The translations under genes were made by a program, and so were the position numbers. Shown in pieces: positions 51,501 to 62,095 of a DNA stretch of 62,095 bases (its first letter is position 1; each line of letters begins with the position of its first letter). The stretch lies in the NCBI GenBank assembly GCA_030390025.1, contig CM059450.1, positions 3,410,001 through 3,472,095 on the forward strand. The letters run 5' to 3'. The stretch comes from Squalus acanthias (taxonomy: Eukaryota). The notes under the pieces are model-generated. The model worked only from the letters and a program-made list of their open reading frames with translations. It was not told the origin of the DNA and ran no database searches.

Positions 51501-54500
51501 GCCAGTCCCGTGGGAAACGAGATTCACGGTTACACTGAGAATCTTAAAACAGAAACAAAAAAAACCCCGCTTATAACATGCGTATGCCAGACCTCTCCTG
51601 TGCACTGTCTGTGGGAGCCAAGCAAAAGTCTTTTTTTTTAACTAGAGGCAATGAAGGAAGCCTGAGAGGGCCGGAAATCCAAAACTAAAGCAGAAAGTGT
51701 AGCAAATACTCAGCAGGTCCATCGGCACCTTAAAGAGAAAAGACCGGATGGTAATTTAAAAAAAAACCATTATCCTGTCTCATTCTTTCAGACGTAAACT
51801 AAATACTGCTGTGAATTTCCAGCATTTTCTGTTATCGTACTTGATCTGTATGCAGAGGTCCTATAATTTTTTGTGTGTGTGTGTACTCTATCCTGGTAGT
51901 TTCTCCGACCCCTGCCTGACCCTTCCAATTGTCTCGGGTCCCAGATTGTTTTGTAATGTGTGCGGGGCGGAGGGGAAGCTGCACCACTCTGGTCGGAAAA
52001 TCACTCCCACGCTTGCACGCAGCTGCACCTTGACCCCCGGAACACTTCGGTTATTGGCGGGCGTCCCTAAAATAGGGGTGAGGGCGTGTTCAAAAACCTC
52101 GGATACCACCTGTGGTCCCTGTGTCGGTCCGCGAGCCCGTAAGCAGCGACCGTGTTTGTCGGGATTATCCGGCTGTGTTAAATTCGAGGTGACTGGAGCT
52201 TCCGCCTTGCCCAGACCTTCGATCGATGTCGAGGAACTTCCTGGAGACACGGCCCCCTGGGAGGGAAGGAGAAGGGGAGGGGTTGGAAATAATGCAAAAT
52301 GGTATCTCCACAGTTGACCAAAAGAAATTTTGACGTGCATCATAAATTTGGCTTGTGAGGAAGACCCACAGTTACAATAATTAAGGTGGAGTTGATTTCA
52401 ACAGAATGCGGTGCCATTTTTATTGCTTAGCTATCTCCTTTCCATATTATAAAATTATTTTCTTCTCAGTAAATCTTGTTATTCTGTGAGCTCTTCTTCC
52501 ACCCAGTTTTGACGTGGCTTTACTTTACAGTTTCCATTTTCTTTAAGCCGGAAAGCCGTCCCCTTTAATCCTCTCCCAAGCTCCCCCCTTTTATTTTTGT
52601 TTCACCCTCTGGTGTCCTTTCTGCTCTGTCGCCCTCCTGCCTTTCGCACCAGGGCATCGTCTCTGCCTTTGATCGAAAACAACTTGAGGGAGTGCCTGAC
52701 GCCTCACAAGGTTGCTGAGCACTCTTGTGCAGATCCCTCGCTCCCACACCTTCCTATATCCCGGAGAGTAAATAATTAAACATTTTAAAATAGCTCAAGT
52801 CGGACATTACCGTTTGTGGGTCCCTACTTTCCAAGTGATCCCAGCGCATGTCACTGACCGACTTTAAAGGAGCATTGGTCCCTCGTTCACCTGCTATGTC
52901 TTCCCAGGGAGATCCACAGACTTTGAATGGGACCAACTTAAAACTCAGTAGGAGTCCCTTCAAAGGGCATTCAGCATCTCAGTTCCTAGTCTTTGTCTTA
53001 TCAACCAGGCAGATTATATTCCTAAAGTGCAATTTTAGCATTTCCTGCCTATAGTATTCATTGGTTGTAAATGGTAGGGTCACAGCACAAGCAGCAGCAG
53101 GAGCCAGTTGTTCTGTATTTTTCTCTCCTTTTGAAGAGGATGTTTTGTGCCCTTGACATCAGATAGCCGTGCTGTTGGTGGAGGGGTGAGGGCCCTAATT
53201 GAAATGGTGGTCTCGGTCCAATCTCTTTAGAAAAGAGCTCCAGAACTGCCCTTAATTAGTGATAATTCACCCATCTTGTTTGGGGAGGCTGCTGGGGTTG
53301 TGTTGACTGGCATATGGAAGTAGCTGGCAGGGAAGATGCTGCCCCTAGAGTCCGGGGTCTGAACTGCAGCGTTAACATTCTGGTTCGCCCCCCGCGTCCC
53401 ATGCCATGCCCGAGTTGGGAATGCATTGTGCTGCTGTTGGTTTGATTGCACAGTTAGAAGTATTTCAGTTAATGTGTATGCACAATTGTAATAAGGTTGT
53501 CGTGTCAACCATATCTATAAGTTTAAAATGAGTTCCGTTTTGGTTTTTTTTGAGTGTGGGGTTGGGGAGGGGGGAGGGGGAAAGATTCAAGACCTCGCTA
53601 CAGTCGGGTGATCAGGTTTTGCTGGGGATCAGATGCCACATATTTCCAATGGGAACAGTGCCACTGTGCAGCCTGATCCCTTTCTATGCTTCTGCCGTTG
53701 GCCAAACGGATTTGCGAAGGGTATCGCACTTTCTTGTGATGAGATTTTCTGCCTTTTGAACAAGTATGTCTTTTTTTTTAAAAAAAACACAACAATAGCT
53801 GTGACTGAGAGTTGTTGGTATATTGATTGATTTAATTCTGCTGAAGTCAATATTGTGTGACCCTGGGCGTGGCTGTGTCCTGTCCCAATATCTCTTCTGT
53901 CGATACTGCAGGGTGCATTTGGTGTTGGCTTAAATGCCCACAAAAGACTGATTCTGAGAATTTAATCATCTTGTTACTGATTTGTGTGTGGGAAGTTGTT
54001 AAGTAACAAAAAGAAATTCTGCCGCCTGCCTTGTGTCCTCCAGCTCCCCCTTCCCAATAACAGGTGGTTGCAGTACATCAGTGTCCCAGGGTCGAAATGC
54101 TGTGCTGTCATTGAATCAAACTCCTATTTATAAAGAGGCAACAATCAGCTTTGCTTTGGAATTTTCCTTTAAGACAGTATCATTTTTTTTTTAAACTTTG
54201 AATTTCATTGATCTAACAGTGTGTGTTATATTGCACAATATCTTTAGTGTATATTAAGGAAACGTGTTTTTTTTTGTTAAGTATTAATGATTTTGTTAGA
54301 GCAGAGAGGTGACTCGTTCTCGTAAAGAATTCCTTTTTGAATTGCATGTGGCGCGCACCTTGCTCTTTGCAATTCCTCACACTTTTCCACAGCCCTCCCT
54401 GGCAATTTAAACTCTCAGAATTGTAGGGCGGGTGCGTGCTGTACTTTTGAGATGCTGATATTTATCCCCCTCTCTCTTTCTCCTGGTGAGTTGGGTCACA

Positions 54501-57285
54501 GCCGAGAGAAGGAATGTCACCAGTTGCTTTTTGTAAAGTTTTTGTCCTGAGTACCTGTGAGTTTTTTTAATTGCATCAGCTCAGCACCAAATATGGAAGG
54601 TGAGATTCCTGGGGGGGTGTGTGTGTGTGTGTGTGCTCTTTTAGCGCAGTTATTAACCCATTGTAATTTAGGGGGTTAACTTTGTTGAAGTAGCACACAC
54701 GGTAATTTGACGTAACCAATGTGCTGACAATAGCACTGCGAGGACCTTCAGCCTCTCCATCTGCGACTGTTTGCGCTGTTCCCAAGATGTAGTGGTCTAC
54801 TCCCAGTACTTTCCCTTGCTTCCTCTTCCCTCTGCCTGCTCCAGTACGTCAGATACCTTTTTGTTTACATGATAGATTGGATTCATTTTAGCCTGGTTGA
54901 TCTGATGAAGTCACCCTTGTTACCCCCCCAACCTTGTCTCCGTTATACTTCACCTTGCCTACAAGGGCGGGGTGCATGTTGGACAACCCATTGCATTGTT
55001 CTATATTGTACAAAGAGGCATTAAAAATCCATCGCAAGTGGGCGGGGGAAGGAGATTGAATGCCACTGTTTACACTTGCCTGATTCAATTGCTGTGACTC
55101 GCAGAGCGATGTCTTTTATTATTTTGCTGCACCGTAACAAGATTTAACAAAACAAACACTTCTCTTTTGTGTTGTTGGGAGTTTACAGGGTATGTATGTT
55201 ACCATGGAACATTCGGTGCCGTGTAAACTGGGGTTAAAGACTGTTGGTGAAACTGGACTATATGGCGGGGTGTTGGGTAGGCTCCCACCCCTTTCTCAGT
55301 GGAAGTTGCAGAGTTGTCTGGGAATGCCGTCGTTAGTTGGTCATCGGTGCAGCAGCCAGTTACACACACACACACACACGCACACACACAGTGAGGCGGC
55401 AGCATATCAGAACTGCTCAGGAGAAGTCGAAACTTTTTTTTCAGTTGCAGTCAGTTCAGATAAGTGACCTGTATATAAACCTTTACCATTGTTATCACTC
55501 GACTAGGGTAGAATTGGGCAACCGAGAAGGAAAAGAAGATTTTTAAAAAAAATTACTTATTCTGAAAGTACTGTGAATTATATATATATATATAAAAAAA
55601 CTTAAATTCTGTGGTTCCAAGGATTTCTCATTCTGTTTTTATAAATGAATCCTAATGTTATATAATAAGCAATTTAGAACATTTGCAGAGGATTTTGCTG
55701 ATATGTCTTACATTAAGCATGTGCGTATTTTGATAGGTTTTGAAGAAAAAGAAATATATATGGAACTAGGTGGTCGGGATAATCGGTCTGTTTGGTATTC
55801 GGATATCTGACTTCCTACCGTGCCTGCCCCCGGTACCAGTTCAGTATTGGTGCTATCAGACTGTCGCTTCTTGTATTGTTAACTATCGGCATGGCAACCC
55901 TGTAGCACACGCAGTGGGATGCCTGACTCCCCGGACAGGGCAGCAGTGACTTTAAAAAAAAAAACAACTGCCCGCGGCCTCAGCTCACCTGCCAGTGTTG
56001 GGCGAGAAGCTTTCAATTCGTGTTGAGCCGGCCCACTCGATGGGTTGCCATGGGTCACTGGATAATCCATTTTTGGGGGGGGGGGGGGGGGGTGGGGGGA
56101 GGGAGAGATAAACTTGATGCCATTTGCTATTCCGCTAACACACCCACCCCGTCTGACAGAGTGGTTGGTGGGGCTTGTCCAAAACAAAAAAAAATCTCCT
56201 CGTCCAAGCCACCTTTCCTCCGGCTTAAGGTGGGTTCTGTGGCAGGGAGATGGGATGTGAAATCAGAAGGAAAGTTTATTTATATATATATGTATATGTA
56301 TGTATGTATAAAATGCATTGTTGTCACTAGGATTACTTAGCCTATTGGTGCCAATACACTATAGGAAAAACAATCGTACTTAAAGCCAATACACTCTGTG
56401 ATGCTCTTAATTCATCACTTAAAATTGCTCCCATCTCTCAGCACTGATCAATAATCGCCAGTACTACACTTCACCCCAGTATTATACAGCTTGGGTTATA
56501 ATCCACAGGCAGCATTCTATGTTCGGAAAGGCAGAATCTAGAATCGTATGGCTAGATTTATTTTTCCACAGTTCGAGTGGCCAAGAGCACATTGTGGTTT
56601 ACTGCAATCCTGGTGACAACACTGTAATGTTATAAATAAATGCTAACTATAGTGGGGGAAGAGAGAAAGAGAGAGCGAGAGAGACAGGACTGACGCGCAT
56701 CAAAGAAAATGAATGTATTTCATCATTTAAAAAGAAAAATGACCTGCAAAAATTTGTTTAAAGGGATACTGACTTTTTACCACAGCGGGAGGGGGGGGGG
56801 GGGGAAAAGGGGAGAACGTCCCATTAGTGGGTGCCATTGCCTTTTAATTAGAAGAAGAAAATCTGAGAACTATGCATTGTGTAACCAGGATAGGTACTTA
56901 TTAAGAGAGGAAAAAAAAAATCACTGGTTCATTAACAAATTGTGTTGCTCAATGTAGTTTGTACAAATAAGCTGGAGCGTTTCCATTTCTTGGTCTGGCC
57001 ATAGCTGGTACTGTATCCCCATCGCTGGAATAATAAGGGTGAATTTTTTTTTATATATATCAGCGCAAAATATTAAAAAAAAAGTCTGTCATTTCATTGA
57101 AACTGAAAAACAAAAAAGTTGTTCTAATAGGTATATATATAAAGAATTTTGAAATTTGCTTTTATCCGTGGTTTGTTTTGAGGATGTGATTGTAATTGTG
57201 CAACACAGTTGCTTCAGTGGACTACATAATTTTTCTTGAGAAAAAAAAAGAGAATAAACATGTTGTGTTTGGCTGCTAAGCATTA
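45501..57285 (+). other. TNRC6B: Probable very long TNRC6B 3' UTR (~11.8 kb)
   Basis: U/A-tract-rich sequence with no recognisable LINE insertions and many miRNA seed matches; ends at AATAAA followed by a GU/U-rich element, after which dense TEs resume. Mammalian TNRC6B also has a >10 kb UTR. Confidence 0.7.
57253..57258 (+). terminator. Probable distal polyadenylation signal
   Basis: AATAAA with downstream GGTGTCTCGCTGTGTCTTTTTTT at ~57291-57313. A proximal AATAAA also exists at 45826. Confidence 0.65.
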
Positions 57286-57540
57286 CCTCTGGTGTCTCGC
57301 TGTGTCTTTTTTTTCCTCTACCTTTCGATGCACATTATACTTGGGGTGGCCAAACCTCCGGGATTGGCCCTGGAGTCTCCGGTAATTGAAGATTCATCTC
57401 CAGGACACTGCTGGGAGCAACACCCGGGAGAAACATCATAGTAAACTTCTTTCAACACTTTTGTTTATTTGTTATGAAAATGTTGGGAGATGGGAAAGAA
57501 ACAGACTTGGTCAGAATCATCCGATCGGGTAATGAAGAGT

Positions 57541-58010
57541 GTCAGCCGTGGCTCAGTGGGTAGCACACTCGCCTCTGAGTCAGAAGGTTGTGGGTTCCAG
57601 TCCCACTCCAGAGACTTGAGCACATAAAGCTAGGCCGACACTCCCAGTGCAGTGCTGAGGGAGTGCTGCACTGTCGGAGGTGCTGTCTTTCGGATGAGAC
57701 GTTAAACCGAGGCCCCGTCTGCTCTCTCAGGTGGACGTAAAAGATCCCGTGGCCACTATTTCGAAGAAGAGCTGGGGAGTTATCCCCGGTGTCATAGGCC
57801 AATATTTCTCCCTGAACCAACATAACATAAAAACAGATTATCTGGTCATTATCACATTGCTGTTTGTGGGAGCTTGCTGTGCGCAAATTGGCTGCGGCGT
57901 TTCCCACATTACAACAACGACTACACTCCACAAAAAAAAAGTACTTCATTGACTGTAAAGCGCTTTGAGACGTCTGGTGGTTGTGAAAGGCGCTGTAGAA
58001 ATGCAAATCT
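57541..58010 (+). mobile_element. Near full-length tRNA-derived DeuSINE (SacSINE1-like)
   Basis: A box GTGGCTCAGTGGG, B box GGGTTCCAGTCCC, Deu-domain GATGAGACGTTAAACCGAGGCCCCGTCTGC...GTAAAAGATCCC, and L2-like tail GTAAAGCGCTTTGAGACG...AAAGGCGCTGTAGAAATGCAA. Confidence 0.85.
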
Positions 58011-58145
58011 TTCTGTTCACTTTCCGATTGGCCGTGGAACGCCGGGAAGCGGAACCTAGCTGCAGGATCCCTCTCCTGGGAAAAGGGGGTGGCGGGCGGG
58101 GGGGGTAAAGCCAGGATCGGGTTCAAGTGTGATGGTTCCCAACTC

Positions 58146-58804
58146 ATGATCTGGAAGTGTTCCCAAGCTAACCTTACTGCTATAGTCCAACTCGATCAAA
58201 CTTCTACCACTTGTATTCTAGTCCTCTAGATATAAAGGCCAGCATCCCATTAGCTTTTTTGATTATTTTCTGTATCTGTTCATGACATTTTAATGATCCA
58301 TGTCCCCGCCCCCGCCCCCCGAGTCTCTTTGGATATCCACTGTTTTTAGCTTTTCACCATTTAGAAAGTACCCTGTTCTATCCTTTTTAGGTCCAAAGTG
58401 GACGACCTCACATTTGCCTACATTGAAATCCATTTGCCAGTTTTGACCATTCACTTAATCTGTCGATATCCCTCTGTAATTTTATGCTTCCAGCTACACT
58501 GCCTACAATTCCACCTATCTTTGTGAGAATTGAATACAAATTCTCAAACTGCCATGGTGGGATTTGAACTCGCGATCTCTGGATTACTGGTCCAGTAACG
58601 TAACCACTACACTGCCACACCCTTATAACCACAGAGAAATACACCGCTACAGCCTCCCCCAGTTGAATATGGTAATGGATATGCGTGACCGGCATAGCAC
58701 TCCCTCTCATGGGGAACTGGGGTCAGGGCAAGCAGCGGTCCACGTGTCAATCAATCGAGTTGGACGATGGCAATAAGGTTAGCTTGGGAACACTTCCAGA
58801 TCAT
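58146..58804. repeat. 51-bp inverted repeat pair (58146-58196 / 58754-58804) enclosing CR1 and SINE fragments
   Basis: ATGATCTGGAAGTGTTCCCAAGCTAACCTTACTGCTATAGTCCAACTCGAT versus the reverse complement of the right arm: 3 mismatches. Confidence 0.9.
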
Positions 58805-59464
58805 AGTTCAAGGCAAGCCAAGGGCATAGTGTTTTGGGGTTTACTATTGAATAGTTAATCGGGTTCAGTTTGGCCTCTGGTCAAAACAAACCGGTACAAA
58901 GATACAGGTCGTGTGTATTATGTTGGGAGAGCGTAGACCCTTCTCAAATCTGCAGTGTAAAGATAGCACTTTTGTGCGCATTTTGCGTGTGGTTTTCCCA
59001 AGACCCTATCAAACTGGGCTGTACATCTACACTCTGTGGAAGATGCCGATTGGTTGAAGAAAACGAGACAAGGTGAGCAATCGTATTTATCTTGCGCTAA
59101 ATTATTACCTGTACACCAACCCCCTGATCTGTGGCCCATCATTGAACTGAATATGTAGAGAATGTTTTAAGTATATATAATTTTTGGTTTTAAATGCCGA
59201 AGAAGTATAATTGGTATCTATTGACTTGCTGAGTGAGGAGGACCTTGGCACCGACTATAATTATTATGTACCTGTTAAAACGCTGTGAACTTTCACACAG
59301 GAATTCATCAGTTCCGGCCTGCACCTCAGGCAGTGGTTGCTGGAACATCATGGAGAGTCGGACACCGAATGCAGATTGTCTGTGTTTCCATGGTAACTCA
59401 TGGTGCAGTATTTTTTAGGATCATCACCTTTTGTTCAGTTACAGACGGGGCAAGATGCCCAAAG

Positions 59465-59930
59465 CAAAACGTACGATAAGGGGGTTGACTTATGAAGAAA
59501 GGTTGAGCCTATACTCGTTGGAGTTTAGAAGAATGAGAGGTGGTCTTATTGAAGCATATAAGCTACTGAGGGGGCTCGACTAGGTAGATGCTGAGAGGAT
59601 GTTTTCCCTCCTGGGGGAATCCAGAACTAGGGGGCATAGTTTCAGAATAAGAGGTCGCCCATTTAAAACTGAGATGAGGAGGAATTTTTTCCGAGGGTCG
59701 AAAATCTGTGGCACTCTCTGCCCCAGAGAGCTGTGAAGGCTGGGTCATTGACTAGGTGGAAGGTGGAGATAGACAGATTTTTGAACAATAAGGGAGTGAT
59801 GGGTTATGGGGAGCGGGCAGGAAAATGGAGCTGAGCCCAAGATCAGATCAGCCGTGATCTCATTAAATGGCGGAGCAAGCTCGAGGGGTCAAATGGCCGA
59901 CTCCTGCTCCTATTTCTTACGTTCTTATGA
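59465..59930 (+). mobile_element. CR1-type LINE 3' fragment
   Basis: LYSLEFRRMRGGLIEAYKLLRGLD...EMRRNFF remnant plus 3' UTR. Confidence 0.85.
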
Positions 59931-60654
59931 TAATGTCGTGGTTACAGTGCTGGATGAGCAACCTCGCGGTCGTGAGTTCAAATCTCGTCATGGAAAATTG
60001 TGAAAATTAAATCAATAAAATCTGGTAACTTGCGGGCTGCAGGATTGTCAACTGGTTCAATAATGTCCTTCGGGGAAGAGAACCTGCCACTCCCACGCCG
60101 TCTGGCCTGCATACGATTCCAATCCAACGCTAGGTGGTTTAGTCAATGCCCTCTAAAATGGCCTAGCAAACCAGAAGAAGGCAGCCCACCACCACCTTCT
60201 CAGGGTAACTCGGAACGGGCAATGGATACAGCCTCCCCTCCCGTGAACAAATAAAGGACTGAAATGCACACACAAAATCAGTCACTCAAACACAAATGTG
60301 TTGGTTTTTGATTATTAAAATTGCTGCAGGCCTTCCTCCAAAACCTGACTGAAGTGTGAAGCCATCATCGCAACTTGTACCTCAATATCTTCGTGCTCCA
60401 CAAACAAGGGCAAGCTGACCAGACGACAGATCTTGTGTTTTGAGTTATGAACATGGGAACAGGAGGAGGCCAATGAGCCCCTCGAGCCTGTTCCACCATT
60501 GTGAGATCATGACTGATCTGTGACCTAACTCCATATACCCACCTCGTCCCGTTGAAGTCGGCCTTAACTAAATCTATAATCTTAGCAGCTCTTTCACGTT
60601 TCTCCCTTTCAAACACCACGTTGAACTCACTATTTGATCAATGTTCACGCACAG

Positions 60655-61215
60655 TTAGGCTGTTAACTCTGGCTCATTACTTATTACTAAATCTAATATG
60701 GCATGCCCCCTTGTTGCCACTCGGACATATTGCTGTAGAAAACTATCCCGGACATGCTCAAGAAATTCACTACCTTGCTGACAGGTGCTAGTCTGCTTAT
60801 CCCAATCTATATGAAAGTTAAAATCCCCCATTAAAACCACTCTGCCTTTACTACACGCTTGTCTAATCTCTGCATTTATACAATCTAGCACTTCACACAG
60901 CTGCTACCAGGGGGCCTTTACACAACTCCCACTACAGTCTGAAATCCTTTCCTATTTCTTAACTCCACCCATAAAGCCTCCACTGGCTGCTTACCTCTCA
61001 TTATAACCTCTCTCATAATTGAAGCGATTTGATCCTTAATCACTAAGGCTACTCCTCCCCATTTCCCCTATCTTTCCTGTAGACCTTATAACCTGGTATA
61101 TTTAGTTCCCAGTCTTGCAGCCATGTCTCAGTAATGGCTACCATGTCATCCCCTCCAAGTTGAATTTACACCCACACTTCATTTAATTTATTCCTTATGC
61201 CCCGTGCGTTTGTGC
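60655..61215 (-). mobile_element. CR1-type LINE ORF2 endonuclease (APE) fragment
   Basis: Minus-strand VAITETWLQD...IPGYKVYRKDR and VVLMGDFNFHIDW...FLQQYV..TRGHAILDLVISN motifs. Confidence 0.85.
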
Positions 61216-61559
61216 CACACACCCTAGCCTGTCCTTCGACTCTGATGCTTTACTCAGTTGTTTCTTATTTCTGTCTTCTGGTTTAATCGCTTTACGTCTT
61301 TTAGTTTTCCTTTCAGGCCAGCACCAATCCATAAATCAGCAAACCAGCACAAGCTCCAAATTTTAGCCCATTTTCTCCCAGGACAGATGCATCGACCACG
61401 TGAAAACCCAACCCAAACTATTTGTTTCCCTTGTTCTTTGCAGCACCCACACCCCACACTCCAGCTGATTAAGATGGTTAAACTGTCAGGACCAGGTAGA
61501 GAATGCAGAGCCAGCTGATGGAATGAACACAAACTGGTTGCTTTGACTCTGGGTTCCAC

Positions 61560-62066
61560 GAGCCCCGCCCCCGCCCTGCTGCCTGTATCAAAGATGGCGG
61601 ACGGCAGTTCAATTTGGCCTCAGTCCAGATTTGCAGCCAATTCCTGCTCACGGTTCACTGACAGCCGCTGTTTACGGTTCAACAGCCCGAAAATTGTTTG
61701 TTTTGGGCTCAAAAAAAACCCTCAATGCACCGCCGGCCACCAACAATACTGGCACTTTGTGTACAGTGTCTGTTAAAGAAATTAAATAATACAGATATAC
61801 TTAATAACATTGCTGGGCCTGCAGAAAGTTGCACTGTTGATTTTGCCGATGAGAGGTTTGAATAAAACTGATTCTGAATTTGTTAAAATAAATTAATCTG
61901 GGGGGGTGCAGCAGGGCGCCAATATCAAAGATGGCGGTGGCCAGCCTGAAAGATGGCGGATACGCACAGGCACGGTGACGTCACCGGCAGTGCCCTATGA
62001 ACCGGAACCGGCGGAGGCTCATTCCCGGATGTGAATTTCTTCTGGAAACATCGGAGCGGCGAAAAA
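61560..62066 (+). promoter_or_regulatory. CpG-enriched housekeeping promoter / 5' UTR
   Basis: GC box 61563-61576; YY1 motifs AAGATGGCGG at 61591, 61928 and 61950; CRE palindrome CGGTGACGTCACCG 61973-61986; ETS-like CCGGAA/CCGGAT at ~62002 and ~62025. Confidence 0.8.
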
Positions 62067-62086
62067 ATGTCCGACAACGAGGAAAA
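62067..62086 (+). CDS. POLR2F: First coding exon of probable RNA polymerase I/II/III subunit RPB6 (RPABC2)
   Basis: aaaATGTCCGACAACGAGGAAAA|gtgaga = MSDNEE+AA, 20 nt. Human POLR2F begins MSDNEDN with, as recalled, a 20-nt coding first exon. Lies just downstream of a housekeeping promoter. Only 6 codons are visible. Confidence 0.75.
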
Positions 62087-62095
62087 GTGAGAAAG

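Larger units (their letters stand above)
3415..57285 (+). other. TNRC6B: TNRC6B (GW182 family, miRNA-silencing scaffold) gene body, 5'-truncated in this window
   Basis: 20 exons with GT-AG boundaries and matching phases sum to 5337 nt (divisible by 3). Translation has the TNRC6B-type N-terminus ([30 protein letters not shown]), GW-rich Ago-binding domain, Q-rich region, PAM2, RRM and C-terminus [20 protein letters not shown]. The start exons are not visible and lie upstream or in the gap. Confidence 0.96.

Noticed and set aside
51811-52343. 150-170 aa ORFs on both strands in the UTR
   Set aside because: A CpG-rich, probably transposon-derived patch with no recognisable domain.
57541-57620. 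tRNA gene
   Set aside because: The A/B boxes continue into a SINE body and tail; it is a SINE head, not a cloverleaf tRNA.
58860-61560. Exons of ADSL, C22orf23 or another gene between TNRC6B and POLR2F
   Set aside because: Short ORFs here resemble no protein I recognise, and most of the interval is LINE/SINE debris.

Overview
Vertebrate genomic DNA, most likely a cartilaginous fish (inferred from shark-type DeuSINE, CR1, L2 and RTE repeats); species not determinable. One 500-N scaffold gap. Most of the window is a + strand TNRC6B (GW182-family) gene lacking its first coding exons: 20 canonical GT-AG coding exons from 3415 to the stop at 45500 splice in frame to 5337 nt (1778 aa plus stop), followed by a probable ~11.8 kb 3' UTR ending near AATAAA at 57253. 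The most striking feature is at ~17030-18314. Where the short GW cassette exon of TNRC6B should lie there are 40 tandem copies of a ~30-bp unit encoding ESHTGWGEPE-like Gly-Trp (Argonaute-hook) repeats, still bracketed by the ancestral exon ends (WSKS... and ...GNTPTNANKS|gtgagt). As assembled, this exon has G-run frameshifts and no canonical acceptor at the homologous site. The window ends in a YY1/CRE/ETS promoter and the 20-nt first coding exon of a probable POLR2F. Comparisons to human genes are from memory and need confirming by alignment. Transposon boundaries are approximate.
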